Source of the DNA: an uncultured Actinomycetes bacterium
Lineage (GTDB): Bacteria > Actinomycetota > Thermoleophilia > UBA2241
Reading direction: 5' to 3'
Assembly: GCA_963755025.1 (NCBI GenBank)
Contig: CAVWIH010000039.1
Coordinates: 1 to 61,285, forward strand
DNA: 61,285 bases
Made by a program: the position numbers and the translations under genes. A model generated the notes under the pieces. It saw nothing but the letters and a program-made list of their open reading frames with translations, was not told the origin of the DNA and searched no databases. The first letter of the stretch is position 1; each line of letters begins with the position of its first letter. Of this stretch, positions 60,983 through 61,285 are shown piece by piece.

Positions 60983-61285
60983 GCGGCGTCCCCGCCACAG
61001 CGGGGTGGCGCCGCCGGCCGGCCGTTGTGACGCGCATGTTCCGTTCGCTGCGCACGCGCAACTACCGTCTCTGGTTCTTCGGCCAGACGATCTCGCAGAG
61101 CGGCACCTGGATGCAGTCCACGGCCCAGAGCTGGCTCGTGTGGACGCTCACCCACAACGCCTTCTACCTGGGCATCACGATGGCGTTGCAGTTCCTGCCC
61201 GTGCTCGCCTTTGGCCTGATCGGCGGCCTCGTCGCCGATCGCTTCGACAAGCGCCACGTGCTGCTCGCCACGCAGACGGCCTTCA
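60979..61285 (+). CDS. MFS transporter (partial, runs off window end)
   Basis: FRSLRTRNYRLWFFGQTISQSGTWMQSTAQSWLV..GGLVADRFDKR. Confidence 0.85.
   Translation, partial: MSGVPATAGWRRRPAVVTRMFRSLRTRNYRLWFFGQTISQSGTWMQSTAQSWLVWTLTHNAFYLGITMALQFLPVLAFGLIGGLVADRFDKRHVLLATQTAF

Overview
Very GC-rich bacterial chromosomal segment. By eye it resembles Actinomycetota, possibly an uncultured Thermoleophilia-like lineage (inference). I saw no rRNA, tRNA, CRISPR array, transposase or integrase. Main content: partial HMG-CoA synthase divergent from a hot-dog dehydratase pair plus GNAT; two dispersed type IV pilin paralogues; an RpoD-like sigma behind a terminator-containing leader; a RACo-type corrinoid activator; menA; a PadR-flavodoxin operon; a ~2390-aa Ig-repeat adhesin ending in a DUF1566-like lectin domain; a stress-type block (katE, YihY, nucleotidyltransferase plus metallophosphoesterase, STAS); a full hopanoid cluster (hpnO / hpnCDE, prenyltransferase, shc, hpnG-ispH fusion, hpnH); a TetR-controlled amidase, permease and deacylase locus; a family 1 encapsulin with ferritin-like cargo; and NhaA-DsbA followed by MarR-MFS. 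The most notable unexplained signals are: (i) one sigma28-type promoter motif (CT[AC]A[AG]G-N15-G[CT]CGA[TA]A) upstream of three dispersed surface genes; (ii) a lectin-tipped adhesin followed by a perfect 14-bp hairpin, a possible remote DGR target; (iii) two promoter-leader-terminator units that look like attenuators or sRNAs. Many genes carry single-base indels, which suggests long-read consensus error rather than true pseudogenes.
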